34,303 bases of DNA from Ancylonema sp. (taxonomy: Eukaryota). Below, piece after piece: positions 23,240 to 34,303 of this stretch. The position numbers were made by a program, and so were the translations under genes. The DNA is taken from positions 62,001 to 96,303 of the forward strand of contig JBFLGF010000083.1 in assembly GCA_050230475.1 (NCBI GenBank), in the 5' to 3' direction. The notes below the pieces were generated by a model that was given only the letters and a program-made list of their open reading frames with translations, had not been told where the DNA came from and did no database searches. Every line of letters begins with the position of its first letter. Position 1 is the stretch's first letter.

Positions 23240-26200
23240 TCACCTGTCGCACCTCCCACAGCACCACTGGATTCCGACTGGAGGCACTTCTGCCAACGGG
23301 GGCTCAATGCAGAACGTATGCGCAGCCCCCACCCGACAGCTGTCGCACAGCAGCAGCACCTCCTCCCTATCCCCCCGCCCACTCACCATACACACCCGGT
23401 CGTCCTCCACCCTCCTCCCCCCCACCCCCCCCCCCCGCCTTGGCACCATCACCACCTCCTCCCCCCCCCCACTCCTCCTCCTCTTGGTGTAGAAATCGAA
23501 CCCCTTTTTACACAGAGGGCACACAGGGTCCCCCCTCCCCTCCCACTTCTCCACCATCTCCTGCAAACAAGCGAAGCAGAACTCGTGGTTGCACGGCACA
23601 AACCCGACCGTCTCCGCACGCGTGTCCTCGCGACAGATGGCGCAAGCACAGCCGCCGCTGGGACTGGGCACCCCCTTTACCCCCCCACCCCCACCCGCGC
23701 CCCCCACAGGGACAAACTTGGGTGGGGTCAGTTCCATCTCCCCAACCCCAACCCCAACCCCAACCCCAAATCCACCCCCACCCTCACCCCCGCCCCCATC
23801 CCCAAACCCAGACAGTCCTGGATCGCGTGTAGGTACAGGTGGCGGGTCTTCATTGGCCCTCTCAGCAGTTTCTTCGGTCGTGGCCCTGGCTGACTCTGGG
23901 GACGGAACCACATTCCTCTTCACACTGAATAGGGGTGCAGAAAAAGCCCCCCCCCCCCCCCCCTGCAGCCCCTCCCTCCCGCACCGCACCAGACCTCCGT
24001 TTCTTTCTGTTGCCCGCACCTGCCCTCTCCTCTTTCAGGTGTTTTCTGTTGCGTTTGTTCCCCGCCTGCGTGCCAGGTGGTTTGAGTGTGGTCGGAATGG
24101 CGTCCCACACGTCTTTCATGGTTTTGGTTTTGGACTCTCCCCGGTCCATCCGCTCACGATCCCTCTCTGCTTTTTTCTCCTGGCGCGCCAGCTCAGCCTC
24201 CGCCTCCTCCGCCTGCATCTGGTCGCGTGCCGCCCTCAGCTGAGCTTCTCTGCTGCTTTCTCCTGCCCTTCTCACATTCCGCCCCCTGTCCGCCCCTGCT
24301 GTCTCCCTGAGCCCAGAACCACCCCCCCCCCAGGAATACGGTCCCACACCCCCTTCCACCAGATTCTCCCCACCTCTCCTCCCCCCAATCTCCCACTCCC
24401 CCCCCCCCTTCCCCTCCCCCCCCCCCTTCCCCTCCCCCTCCCCCTCGTCCTCCGCCTCCCCTGCCTCACTATCTGTGAGATTGATGACCACAACTTCCTT
24501 CTTCTTTCCAACCGCAGTCCGCTGTGGGCGGTTCTTCCTGCCTTCACCCAACCCCCCATCCCCAACCTGCTCCCTCTTCCTCGACCCCATTACCCCCCTC
24601 CCCATCTCCTCCTCCTCCTGCCCACTCGACTCATACCTCCACCGCTCCTCCATCCCCCTCCTTTTTTTTTCTTTCCCTCTCCCCCCCCCCTCTCTCCCCT
24701 CCAGATTCGTCACGTCTCTCAAAGCACTCCTCCCTCCGGCTCCCCCCCCCCCCTCCCCCAACCCCGCCTCCCCCTTCTTCCCCCCCACGATTCCTTCCAT
24801 CGCCTGATTCTGTTGCGCCACCATGGCCTCAAATTGCGCCCTTCGTTTCGCCAGATCCACCCCGTTCCCCCACTGCCACCCCCCCCCACCCCCCCAAACC
24901 CCCCCCCCCCCCCCACCCGCTGCTGGGCCTGCCTCCTGCTCTCTGGTGGTGACACGTGGCTTCTTTGCTGCCACCAAGTCATCATCATCCTCATCATCAT
25001 TTTGAAGTTCTGCATTCTCCTCTACCCTCCCTTTTGCCACCTCACCCTTTGCCATATCTTCCATGTCTGCCAGTTCTGCCATATCTTCCATATCTGCCAC
25101 TTCTGCCATATTTTCCATTTCTGCCATTCCCGCCCTTTCTGCCATGTCTGCCACCATAGCCTCCTCCCCCCCCCGTGGGAATCCATCCCCTGCCCCCTCT
25201 CCCTCCTGGCCAGGTGCCACCTGTACCCCCTCCCTGCCACCTGTATCCACTCCTGAATCTGCACAGTGCCACATGGCACTCCTGGACTGCAAGGGACCCA
25301 CATCCCGCCCACTGCCCACCGCCACGCAGCCCACAAAAGAGTTAAGGTACACATGGGACCAACCCCCAAAAATGAGTGACCAGGGACCAGGGACCAGTGA
25401 CCAGGGACCAGGGACAAGGGACCAGGAATCTGTGACCCAAACCCTCTTGTCTCACCACTGCCGCTTAAACGCTTGTTCCTCCACGTGTTTGCCAGCTGTC
25501 GCACACGCCTCCAGCCACGCGTGACTGACCACGTGGACCTTCCTCGAACGACACGCCTCCTGCCACTTCACCCCCTCAAACGCCCAGCAGACCTGGAGAA
25601 GAAACACCCCCCAAACCCACACTCACATTCTCCCCCTCCCTTCCCTCCCCCCTACTCCCCCCCTTATCCCCCCTTATCCTCTCCTTATCCCCCCTTCTAC
25701 CCCCCTTCTCCCACTTTTCCTCCCCCTTCTCCCCTTTGTCTCCCCCCCTTTCTCCCCCCTTCTCCCCCCGTCTCACTTCCCCTACCAGGTGCGTGTTGTC
25801 GGATGGGCGGAAGGTTTTGGTGAATTTCGCCCCCAGAGTCTCCACCAATCGGATGAGGTCCTTCTTCATGGCCTCCCTGTAACCCGTGGAGCTGATCACC
25901 AGGCCCCCCCTGCCCGCTACTGTTGCTGGCACCTGGACAGATGGAGGGGGCTGCGCCTGCGCCTCTGCTGCCAGCTCCTGAGAGGAGGACCTTCTACTCC
26001 TGCAGTCGTCCTGTCCTGCAATCTCCTTCTCTTGCTTGACTGCTGCTGTTGTAATCACCTGGACGTCCTCACCCTTCACCTGTTCCACTGTTGCAGCCAC
26101 CTGGTCTCCGGGATTCCCCCCCGCCCCTGTGCCTGCCCCACTCCTTTCTTCCCTTCCCTCCATATCCCCACTCATCACCTCTGGCTTGCCCCCATTCCCC

Positions 26201-27049
26201 ACTCTCCGAGTTTGTGCGCTTTCCCTTCCCAACTCTGCTGATTCTTCGTGTGACCCTTCCCCCCCTACGGATGCCACCTCCTTCTCTGCTAGATTCTCCT
26301 GGACTTCCTTCTCTTCCTTCTCTGTTTTTATCGCCTGCCCCCTGCCAGTGCTGCACCTCGTGAGTGGCTGGATTTCCCCCCCCCCACCTTCGCCCCCCCC
26401 CCCCCCTTCCCCTTGCCTCTGGTCTTGGCAGGAACCCCCTCCCATCTCTACCCCCTCGGCTGATCGTCCTGCGTCCGCTGCTGAGTGGACACGTGGCGTT
26501 GGAAGATCATTTAGATATTTTAGATCAAGGGTGAGCAGGCACTCTGGCGCGAGATAGAAGCGGTCGCCGTGGTGGAGCGGAACAGATGCGCCCTTCTTCA
26601 ATCGATTCTGCGATATGGATGTGCGTTTATCATTTTATGATATTATTCTTAAAACGACATTCAGTAGCATCAAAATGTATATAGTTTTATCTTGTGCCTT
26701 GTCATCACTGACAGCAAGCAAAAGGAACAGCTGTAGCGGTACGCATCCTGAAACGAAGGTTCTGATTTGGGAGTGATGTGGGGGAGATGGATGGGTCTGA
26801 ACTCCTCAAAAAGAAAGAGATGAGCGAGCTTACTAAACCGCGAGCATCATCTGAGGAGGGTGCAGGTAACCGCAAGGGGTTGTCTCCACGGCATGTGAGA
26901 ACCACTCGCACGTCTTCTCCCTCCTCTCCCTCGCGCTTTGGGATGGCAGTGATCTCTAAAGTCGCCTGCTTTCGACTGCAACGCGCTTGGAAGTTTTCAG
27001 GGATCGGGAAGGAGGCTCTGCCTAGCCAGGCGGTACCTAACTCGAGGGG
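23240..27049 (-). CDS. FHA-BRCT-RING-PHD protein, putative DNA-damage E3 ligase/reader. Exons 27049-26834, 26607-25786, 25592-25456, 25311-23240 (frameshift at C17, 23947-23963); start exon not resolved
   Basis: FHA: WLGR..CSRKQA..GDNP..LHHGDRFYL. BRCT: ISSTGY..LIRLVETLGAKF..THL-VCWAFEGVKW..VVSHAWLEAC..GRDVGPL. C3HC4 RING: CAIC..CNHEFCFAC..CPLC. PHD: CMVS..LLLCDSC..HTFC..WCCGRC. Splice phases are consistent. Confidence 0.85.
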
Positions 27050-28126
27050 CTGAAATTCGAGCAGAGTGAGGCACGGGTATGTGTTACAAGTATGGCCTTC
27101 ATGCTAGGGAGGGTGGATCATGTGGAGAGGAGTATCATGTGAGGCGAAGGTGATTGGGGAATCACATGCATGTGTCGTTAGATTGCGACAAATTAAGAAT
27201 CCTGGCGTATGTTGCAAGTCACTTTTCAATTTGTACTGAGATACTTGCGTGGTTTCTGGTGCTGTGTCTAAACTGGATTGCTGCCTCCTTTGGATCTCTT
27301 ATCCGAATCTGGCAGACAGCTGTCATCCTCCCATACTGGAGTGGCGAGCGATACGTGTGACGTATCAGCACTGGCCCGTCGCACTATTCACGAAATATTT
27401 TGAATACTCAACAACTACAGGCGAAACGCGAAGTGGTCCATTGCTTTTCTACACTCACAACTGCAATTCGCACGATGACTTGAACTTCTAACGATACCAG
27501 CCTGTAACACGCACCCTACTGACTTCACGTATCTGCCTATCTGCCTTTACCTTTTTTTCTCTTTCGACATTCCCCGGGCTTAGAGGCAATTGATGCATAA
27601 GATGATGACAGGCCGAAGTCCAAGGGTCTACAAGCAATTATGAAGGTTTACAGAACGTGAGCTGCATGACATCTCTAAACAGGCATTGATTAAAATTGCA
27701 GAGTGCCCAAAGAATAAGAGGCTTAAGTGGAAGATCATGGGAGCTCACCAGTGCCTGCCCCACCTTCGGCCGCAGAACAGCCTTCACAGTACCTCTCATC
27801 CCTCCGTCCCTGTGGATCTAGTTTCGACTACTAACCGAACGATTACGCGTACTTTACCTTCATAATCTACTCACATGCACATGACACCCCAGTGAGGGTA
27901 GAAGACGAGCAGAAAAAGCCACTGTGTCATGGCATGGGTCGCCATTTCAAACATCTACGCGGGAGACAGCTGTATTTCCGCATTCGAACATTTGCACAGA
28001 AAAACCGAGGGAGGGCACCACAAACGGAAACGCGATCGCCAACGCGGCCGCGACCGCGAGTTCATTACACTTAAACCTCGTTATAAGAAGAAGAATTATG
28101 AAGGACTCGTTATAATAAACTTCGTA

Positions 28127-28698
28127 CAGTAAAACCTGTCTTAATTAATAATGTCGGGACCGGAAAATATTCTTAATTAAGACAGGTTATTACCTAAGAC
28201 AGGATCGGTTCCAAATGACGTGAAACCAGTTTCTATGTTGAATACAAGGGGCAACGGGCTTATATTCAGGTCGGAATCAACCCAAACGTGTATTTTCACG
28301 TAGTTATGATTATAATCATAATGATATAAACGTATTCCTAACATGAGCCAACCCTCCATATTTGTACCCCGCATTACTCTACAAAATAATCATTTTTTCA
28401 GAATTCGTTTTTTTTATAATAAAAATCCAGTTTTTTCTTCGGTTTTTATTCATTTATCCCCCCTCCCCCACATTTTTAATCCCTAATTCACACTAATATT
28501 TTGTACGGATACGTACGGATTCCGTACATTAATAATTAGCACGTCAACTAGCATATAGGCGGGACCGGGAAAAATTATTAGTTATCACGTGTGAGAGGCT
28601 TGTTAATAATTACACTCGCCCAAGGTCGGGACCGGAAAATTTTATCAATTAAGATAGGTTATTAATTAAGGCAGTATTAATTAAGACAGGTTTTACTG
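28127..28698. mobile_element. Tc1/mariner (pogo-like) MITE
   Basis: Perfect 24-bp TIR CAGTAAAACCTGTCTTAATTAATA and TA TSD. Confidence 0.92.
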
Positions 28699-28740
28699 TA
28701 ATCAGAAACTCTTCGCTATAATAAACTATTTTATTTAGAA

Positions 28741-30005
28741 AGACGCATTTTATTCAAGCACGATGGGAACCCCATCTGAGTACAACACCAACGTTATTGT
28801 ACCAACCTAAAGGAACAGAAGAAGGAAAACAACCCCACTCCTAAAACCACCGAGCAACAATCCTTAACTCTGCTGACGGCAATAACACCCGCGGAGGGGG
28901 GGGAGGTAACAGAGCCATACCCTCTTCCAATCGCAACGTCCTAGCATGGATTGCATGTGCTAGAGAACGTTGTAAAGCAATAGAAACTCTCTGCCGAAAC
29001 CAAGTAACTAACAAACTAACATTCCGCCCCGATCGCCCATTCAGTTGCGCCGCACGGTGAACACAATCCACCAATAACCGATTGCTTGCATCGGAAAGCG
29101 CACCGTACGTCTCTAACGCAAACAAGATAAACTTGGTCCCTGCCGCGCGATCACGATAGTGAGTTTCTTTGCGCCGTTTTGCATCTTCTGCGGCCACCAA
29201 CCCTTGACAAGCCGCGAGATCCACCAAATCACGCCGCGTGGGGTCAGCAATGACCACATCCACCAAAATATGCCCCTCCACCAAATCCGAAATAACAATA
29301 TCCACTCGCCCCTCACGACCGCCCGGAGCGGAGGACGGAAGAAACCCCGTACGTTCACATTGAACATGCTGACCCGACTCGCGGAGGATGTGATGTACGG
29401 AATCTCGCACCGAGTCATGAGATGAAGTGCGCTCCACCCCTCGACTGCAGCGCATAAGATGCGTACCCAGGGCGTCCATAGAGTTGCCGCACGTGCACGT
29501 ATCATAGGTAGCAAGGCAAGGGTGGGGAAACCCGAGGCGCAGGCGCACGGCAGTAAGGAATAGGGGAGGGGGGATACGAAGGGAGGGAATGATGGGGGAC
29601 GCCACCGGATCCACTAGCGGACCGAAGCCTCGCCCTGGATGTCGCGAGATCGGTGCTCGTCTAAAGGAATACTGTCCCACAAGCACCTCAAACGGAGCAG
29701 CGTGGGTAGCATCAAGAAGTGTCGGTTGCAAGTGAGGAATAGAAGCCACGGCCAAGGTGGCATATGGAGGCAGTGCCGCGGAGTCTCTTGGGTGAAGAAG
29801 CTCTCGCGCTTCTCGAAGCACGAACTGTGTTCGTAGACCTCCCTCGACCACAGTGCTGAAAAACGGGCCGAATGATAAACCGTGCTGCTGGAAAGCTGAT
29901 GCGAGTGCAGGCGCGGCGAGAGCATAAGAGCCAATAAAAGCAACTGGGGCAAGAACCCGAGTACGAACCAAACCCACGCACCCCCGGGCGATCGGCAAAC
30001 AAGCT
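28741..30005 (-). mobile_element. 5'-truncated CRE-like non-LTR retroposon; ORF 29998-28841 covers the post-RT region, CCHC knuckle and restriction-like endonuclease
   Basis: LPIARGCVGL..APVAFIGS, AVRLRLG, CTCG..HLMRC, HDSVRD, RVDIV..DVVIADP, KETHY, FALETYG. The RT core is absent. Confidence 0.88.
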
Positions 30006-30350
30006 TGAAGCTCCGTTTCTATTTTTGCGGTTTTACACTCAAAATGTTGATTTATATAAGAAACATTCGCTATTAGTTAATTCCCCCAAAATTTTAGATT
30101 TATTATATCGGGGTTTTACAAGTGTAACACTTGTGTAAATTTTCATACTAAAAGTTTAACCTCTCTTAGAGAACGCTTTGCACAATGAAACCGGTCTAAA
30201 TTTATGTATGGTCGAATTCATAACATGTCTAAACTGACAAAAAACTTTCCGCCAAAAAATAGACTTGTCAATTAAAAATATGTATAAATTAATACGAGGC
30301 TTAATGTAGGCTTTTACTTTGTATGGGCGCACCCTCCATAAATGCAGCAC

Positions 30351-31175
30351 AATGTGGCATACGGAAATTGCCGCCAATCGAGTCCGGTTTGCCAAAGAAT
30401 TGTTGACGAGTTGGCATTCTCGACTCAGAAAGACCTCGACTCGGCAATCCGAGTTGGACAAGTCCGACTCGTCGAAGGTTCGTAGTATCATTTTTTTTTG
30501 GTACAGTAAAACCTGTCTAAAGGAATAACCTCTCTAATGGAATAAAAAATCCCGGTCCCGACAGTGGGCGAGTGTAATTATTCCAAAACCTACATAACTC
30601 TCTAAAGGAATATTGTACGGAATCCGTACAAATCCGTACAGATCCGCACAGATTTATACAGGTTTTTAAATGACCGTACAGTTATATGCGTCTCCCAGAG
30701 TGTGGGAATTTGCAATTGCAGTCGTTACACGACAAAATTGCGACGGGCAATATTTCAGGGGGGTAGTACGAGTGCCCGCCACATCGAATTTAACGTCGTT
30801 AAGTTCGTGGGTCTCTAGCATCTCCCAGGTTCTTGGAACTGGCTACACGACAAAATATTGTCTTGCAACCCAAATGGAAGCTGCAAAACACATTTGAACG
30901 GATTCTGAGCTCGATACTGTCATGTTTCACGTCGTAGGCACATAGGAATGGGTTTTAAAACATTTAAAGGCGAAACTGTCTAAGTGAATAACCTGTCTAA
31001 AGGAATACAAAATCCCGGTCCCGAGAGTATTCCTTTAGACAGGTTTTACTGTAGTTCCAAGTCCTCAACTCCGCATTTGCCGAGTCCCCTAGCCAGTGTA
31101 CAATTTGCAGAGTTTTCTCGAGTAGACGAGTCCCGAGTGCGACTCACTGAGTCGGGAGGTTGGGGTGCCGACATG
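30351..31175. mobile_element. Possible degenerate hAT-like MITE hosting the 30504-31051 insertion
   Basis: CGAGTC/GACTCG motif clusters on both sides of the pogo MITE; loose ends AATGTGGCA / TGCCGACATG; flanks TGCAGCAC / TGCAACGA (5/8). Confidence 0.4.
30504..31051. mobile_element. Tc1/mariner (pogo-like) MITE
   Basis: Perfect 24-bp TIR CAGTAAAACCTGTCTAAAGGAATA and TA TSD. Confidence 0.92.
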
Positions 31176-32439
31176 TGCAACGAAGGAAAAATCGTACCAC
31201 ACAAAAAATTGACATAATCACAGATTGATGGATGGTGAAGGTGTGGAGTATATCGGGTGTCGAGACAACCACTCTATACACTCAAACCTTTGAAGTCGTT
31301 GTGATTGGAATTTGTTTTCTGCCATTTCCTTTCGTTCTTACTCTTGAAAAGTGGTTGTATAGAATAAGAAACAATAAATATAAGAAACAAGAAATAAGAA
31401 AGAAGACAAGATATAATAAATATTCGTTATAAGAAGTAGTTTCCCTGACATTTCAACGTTTCTTATGGGGGGGTTCGGGTGTACTACGTAGTCACATATG
31501 TCAAGGAGATAAACGATTACGTACATGTGTGAAACTCATGAAAGTGTTTAGTCGCGCGTCTCCACAACTTTATTTCTATGGACCGTTCAAGAATAAGAAT
31601 GCAAATGCACTAGAGCAGTACCAGGTGACCTTCAGAAACACGTGTATGTGGAAGGTATTCGTTGTAAGAATTGTTGACATGTCAACCTATGTGTTATGAT
31701 CACTATGCAATAGTTTAAAACGGAGAATTATAGGGGACGTCAATGTGACTACATCGTGACTTGTGGGCTTCCGTATAGGATTGGAAAATGAAGGACAATT
31801 AGGCGAAATAGATGCCTACGTCGAGAGATCATTGTGTTGGCATTAATTCTGTTTATGTTTACTTTTATGTTTTCTGCATAAAATGTACATAAATCTATAT
31901 TGTACTACGTCATTTGCACGCCACCCTATTGGTTGTATTGATTACAATGACGATTCTTGTATGTTGAATACCCCTGCAATCTCAATGATGATATTCACGT
32001 GTACCAAGACAAAATATCACTGATTCGCTCGCTAAAGATTTGCTTTGAAAATTCACAAGTGTTCAAAGTTTGAAAATTCAACACTTTTTTGCAAATCACA
32101 TTTGTCGCTCAATTCTATCTCATACCAGTAGTTGTCACGCGTGTTGCCCCGTTGTCGTTATGGCTCAACCCAAATTGTGCTATGGAAGAGGTTTGACTGA
32201 ATAGGCTCGTAAATACTCCGCCGTAAGGTTTTCCCTTCCATAAACACCATGAACACAATAATTGGGTAAGACCGAAATATATACAAAATATATAAAATAT
32301 GTATTTTATTTTATTTCATGTATATGTATTTTATTTTATTTCATGTATAAAATATTACGCTCTCATCGCGTCAACTATCATGAAAGCTCGTAGACATCAC
32401 AAAAAGTAATCTACAAGACGTTGTCGAAGTCTAGAAGTT

Positions 32440-34284
32440 TCACTCCCCAACAGTCACAATTTCCATCACAACATTGATCTCGTTTTGTATTCTTTTCAAT
32501 GCGAACACCTCTTTTTGTGACACGAAAGTGGTAACCCACCCGCCCTCTTCCTCCATTGGTCTCCGCCCGGTTCTCCCCGCCCTGTGGATGTACGACGTGA
32601 CATCGGACGGCAAATCAAAATTGTACACGTGGCTCAACTCTGGTAAGTCTAATCCCCGGGCGGCCAGGTCGGTCGATACTAGAATTTTGCTCTTTCCTTC
32701 CCGGAATTCCTGCACAAGAGGAAACCTCTCTATTATAAATATTGTCTCTGTAGCACACAAAAACTTCATACCAACAATGGAGTACGCCCAACATTTGGAT
32801 ATGCATACCAGAAATCTACAATATCACTCCCAAATCCAAGCATTAACCCCACCCTCTCATGGAGCAAGGAACCCTTCATATGAGATACAACAAATAAAAG
32901 TGTATTAGGGGGATGGGAGGGACACATGCCACACTTAACCTACCTGCACAGTGGAAGCTCGACTGTTTGCACTCTCTTCTTCAATCAAAACCAGCGGTTC
33001 AAATCCCTCGCAGTCCCTCACCCCCCCCTGTGCCCCTCTCCCCTTTTCCCTTCCTTCCCTGTTTCCCCCATCAAACCCCTCCTCGACAACCCCTTCCCCC
33101 CTCCCTGGGTGGGGGTTGGGGTAGGACAGTAGATTCCCTTGGGGTTGCCAATGCGGTTGGGCTCTACATTTTAGGGTCAACGCGTCGGCTACTTGCTGGG
33201 ATGGGTGTGGAAGTCCGGCTCGGAGGTTTTTGAGGGACTGTAGGGAGGGAGAGGGTAAGAGAGGGGAGTGTATGGTGCTTTGGGGGAACGAACCGGAGTC
33301 AACCTGCCTGCGTTCTATTTCATCGAATTGACAAAGTTTTCTTTGGATTCTCTTGTTTTTTTTTTCAGCGTGGGTTGCATGAAGTAAATCAGAGGTAGAA
33401 GTCGATGGGCGGTGTTGTTGTGGATCGTACAAATCGTTTTTTGTGTGTGTGTAATAGAGGAAGCGAGTAACTGAGAAGCCATTCCAGAAAAACTCTAAAA
33501 ATAAACGCACACACAAAAGAAACAAAACAGCCTCAAATGCTGGGGCAAACACAGATTCCAACCCACTCACGGATAAGATGCTGGGAAAAATAGAAAAAAA
33601 AAAGAAGAAGAAGCAAAAAAAAAAAAAAAAAAAAAAAAAAGGTGTGCTTCTGATGCCTCTCTTGGTGCGTACGAGGAACCGTGCCTTCATACTCGTCTGC
33701 CTCATTGGTTGGAGGATAGGTTGGGTGGTTGGTTTCTTGTGACTCACACGTGTATGGGTAAAAATAATGGCTGCTCCGGGTTTATCTCGCACCAGAGCTT
33801 CGAAAAGCGCATCCAACTTGTCGTGAAAAGAGTTTGAAGGGCACACCTGAACGCGTAAGGACAACCAACGGGTCAAAGAGACATTGTTTCTTCTGTCCGA
33901 CCAATCTCTCGTGCATTTTTTGCACATTCTCGTGCCGTTTTCGTCCCACGCACTGTGGAGAGAGGGGGGGAGAAGAAGCAGAGTTGAACTTTGTGGTGGA
34001 GGGGCAGAGGGAGAGGAATAGAGCCTGAGAAGGAAAGGAGACGGGCGAGAAGGCAGGGAGGCAAAGCGCACACCTTGGCTCAACATTCTGCACACTTTGT
34101 AGCATCAAAAAGAAAAGGAAGCTCCATGTTTTGCATGGCAAACATGTTCCAAACATGTTCGAGAAAGAAGCAGTCTTTTGAGCCCAGTGGCAGTGAGCAG
34201 GTAGCGTAAGTTCACCGTCATCTGATGCTTTATTTTGGGCGGCACGCTTTGGTCCGGAGTGACGTGGACGTGGACCACGGAAGA
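32440..34284 (-). CDS. RH58: DEAD-box RNA helicase, chloroplast RH58-like; 3' exons 34284-34216, 33846-33748, 33237-32944, 32709-32440; gene continues beyond the window
   Basis: LVSTDLAARGLDLP (motif V), NFDLP, YIHRAGRTGR (motif VI). VVHVHV, AAIIF and NSRAS resemble RH58. All joins are phase 0. The DEAD-box call is firm; the orthologue name is less so. Confidence 0.85.
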
Positions 34285-34303
34285 CTGAATAAGAAGAAGA
34301 AGA

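Noticed and set aside
22807..26557. Long Pro-rich plus-strand ORFs (341, 555, 173 aa)
   Set aside because: Antisense shadows of the G-rich minus-strand gene; no domain motifs.
29659..29671. GTCTAAAGGAATA in the retroposon matching the pogo MITE TIR
   Set aside because: Short, lacks the terminal CAGTAAAACC, and is compatible with chance.
32935..34095. 386-aa ORF as a single coding exon
   Set aside because: It reads through introns (including a poly-T tract); only the spliced segments match the helicase.

Overview
Eukaryotic, intron-rich, transposon-dense DNA. It is most likely from the green-plant lineage, possibly a streptophyte alga; this is inferred from plant-like gene families and a tRNA-Met PBS. 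Host genes: (1) a 9-exon AFG1/LACE1/ZapE-family ATPase (+, 5238-10075) that needs one GC-AG intron; (2) a 5'-incomplete SHOC1-like meiotic crossover gene (+, 16605-20192) with intact splice phases but several in-frame stops; (3) a DNA-damage-type gene with an unusual FHA-BRCT-RING-PHD architecture (-, 27049-23240, one frameshift in a C17 run); (4) the 3' exons of an RH58-like DEAD-box helicase (-). The intergenic space holds hAT-type MITEs with CATAGTTG ends and 8-bp TSDs, pogo/Tc1-type MITEs with TA TSDs, two copies of a CRE-like RLE non-LTR retroposon, Copia and Gypsy relics, a CACGTG-rich ~212-bp satellite and microsatellites. All family assignments come from recalled motifs, not database searches.
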